A stretch of DNA of 64,000 bases from Isurus oxyrinchus (Eukaryota): contig JANJGN010000039.1 in NCBI GenBank assembly GCA_026770705.1, forward strand, positions 10,478,001-10,542,000, written 5' to 3'. The translations under genes were made by a program, and so were the position numbers. Below the pieces are notes generated by a model, which searched no databases, was not told where the DNA came from, and worked only from the letters and a program-made list of their open reading frames with translations. Positions 63,700 through 64,000 of the stretch are shown piece by piece (the first letter of the stretch is position 1; the number at the start of each line of letters is the position of its first letter).

Positions 63700-64000
63700 T
63701 ATCATAGTATCTGTCGGTGCAAACTCGATGGGCTGAAGGGCCTCTCCTGCAATGTGCGATTCTGTGATTCTGTCACTTTACGAGGGTATAAGCAGACTAT
63801 TGAAATGTGCAGGTGTGTAGAGACCCATTTTTCATAGAACAATGAGTAGTGATTATATAAAACTAATGGTAAAATCCAAAGTTGTTGCAGGAGCAGAGAA
63901 ATCTGGAAGTGTCGGACGCAAATCACTGAAGGTGGCAGCACCACTGGAGAAGGTATTAGAAAGAAATGGATCCATTGCCTTTACAAATAGAAGACTAGAA
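63700..64000 (+). mobile_element. CR1 3' tail followed by another CR1 fragment
   Basis: ggtgcaaactcgatgggctgaagggcct..gattctgtgattct. Confidence 0.65.

Overview
Eukaryotic, repeat-rich genomic DNA. The repeat complement (CR1 LINEs, Deu-domain SINEs, Penelope-like palindromes, L2 remnants) and the GPCR family point to a cartilaginous fish, probably a shark; this is inference. Contents: (1) two tandem paralogues of a two-exon class-A GPCR of the GPR139/142-like type, about 37 kb apart inside a duplicated block of at least 4.8 kb; copy 1 is a clear pseudogene and copy 2 is intact except for one extra T in a homopolymer. (2) A minus-strand multi-exon gene not visible in the ORF track (about 22712 to 14286) for an Ig-superfamily receptor: signal-like exon, one CD2/SLAM-like V-domain exon, a TM exon with a Glu, and seven phase-compatible cytoplasmic exons (three micro-exons of 11-24 nt) carrying ITIM-type tyrosine motifs, plus a duplicated ITIM exon. 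(3) An LTR followed by a tRNA-Ser primer-binding site whose tRNA complementarity extends about 55 nt. (4) A decayed ~1.9-kb tandem array of tRNA-Asp pseudogenes. (5) A hAT transposase fossil, many LINE/SINE fragments, several minisatellites and an assembly gap. No prokaryotic features and no CRISPR array. All identifications were made by eye and from recalled family motifs, with no database search.
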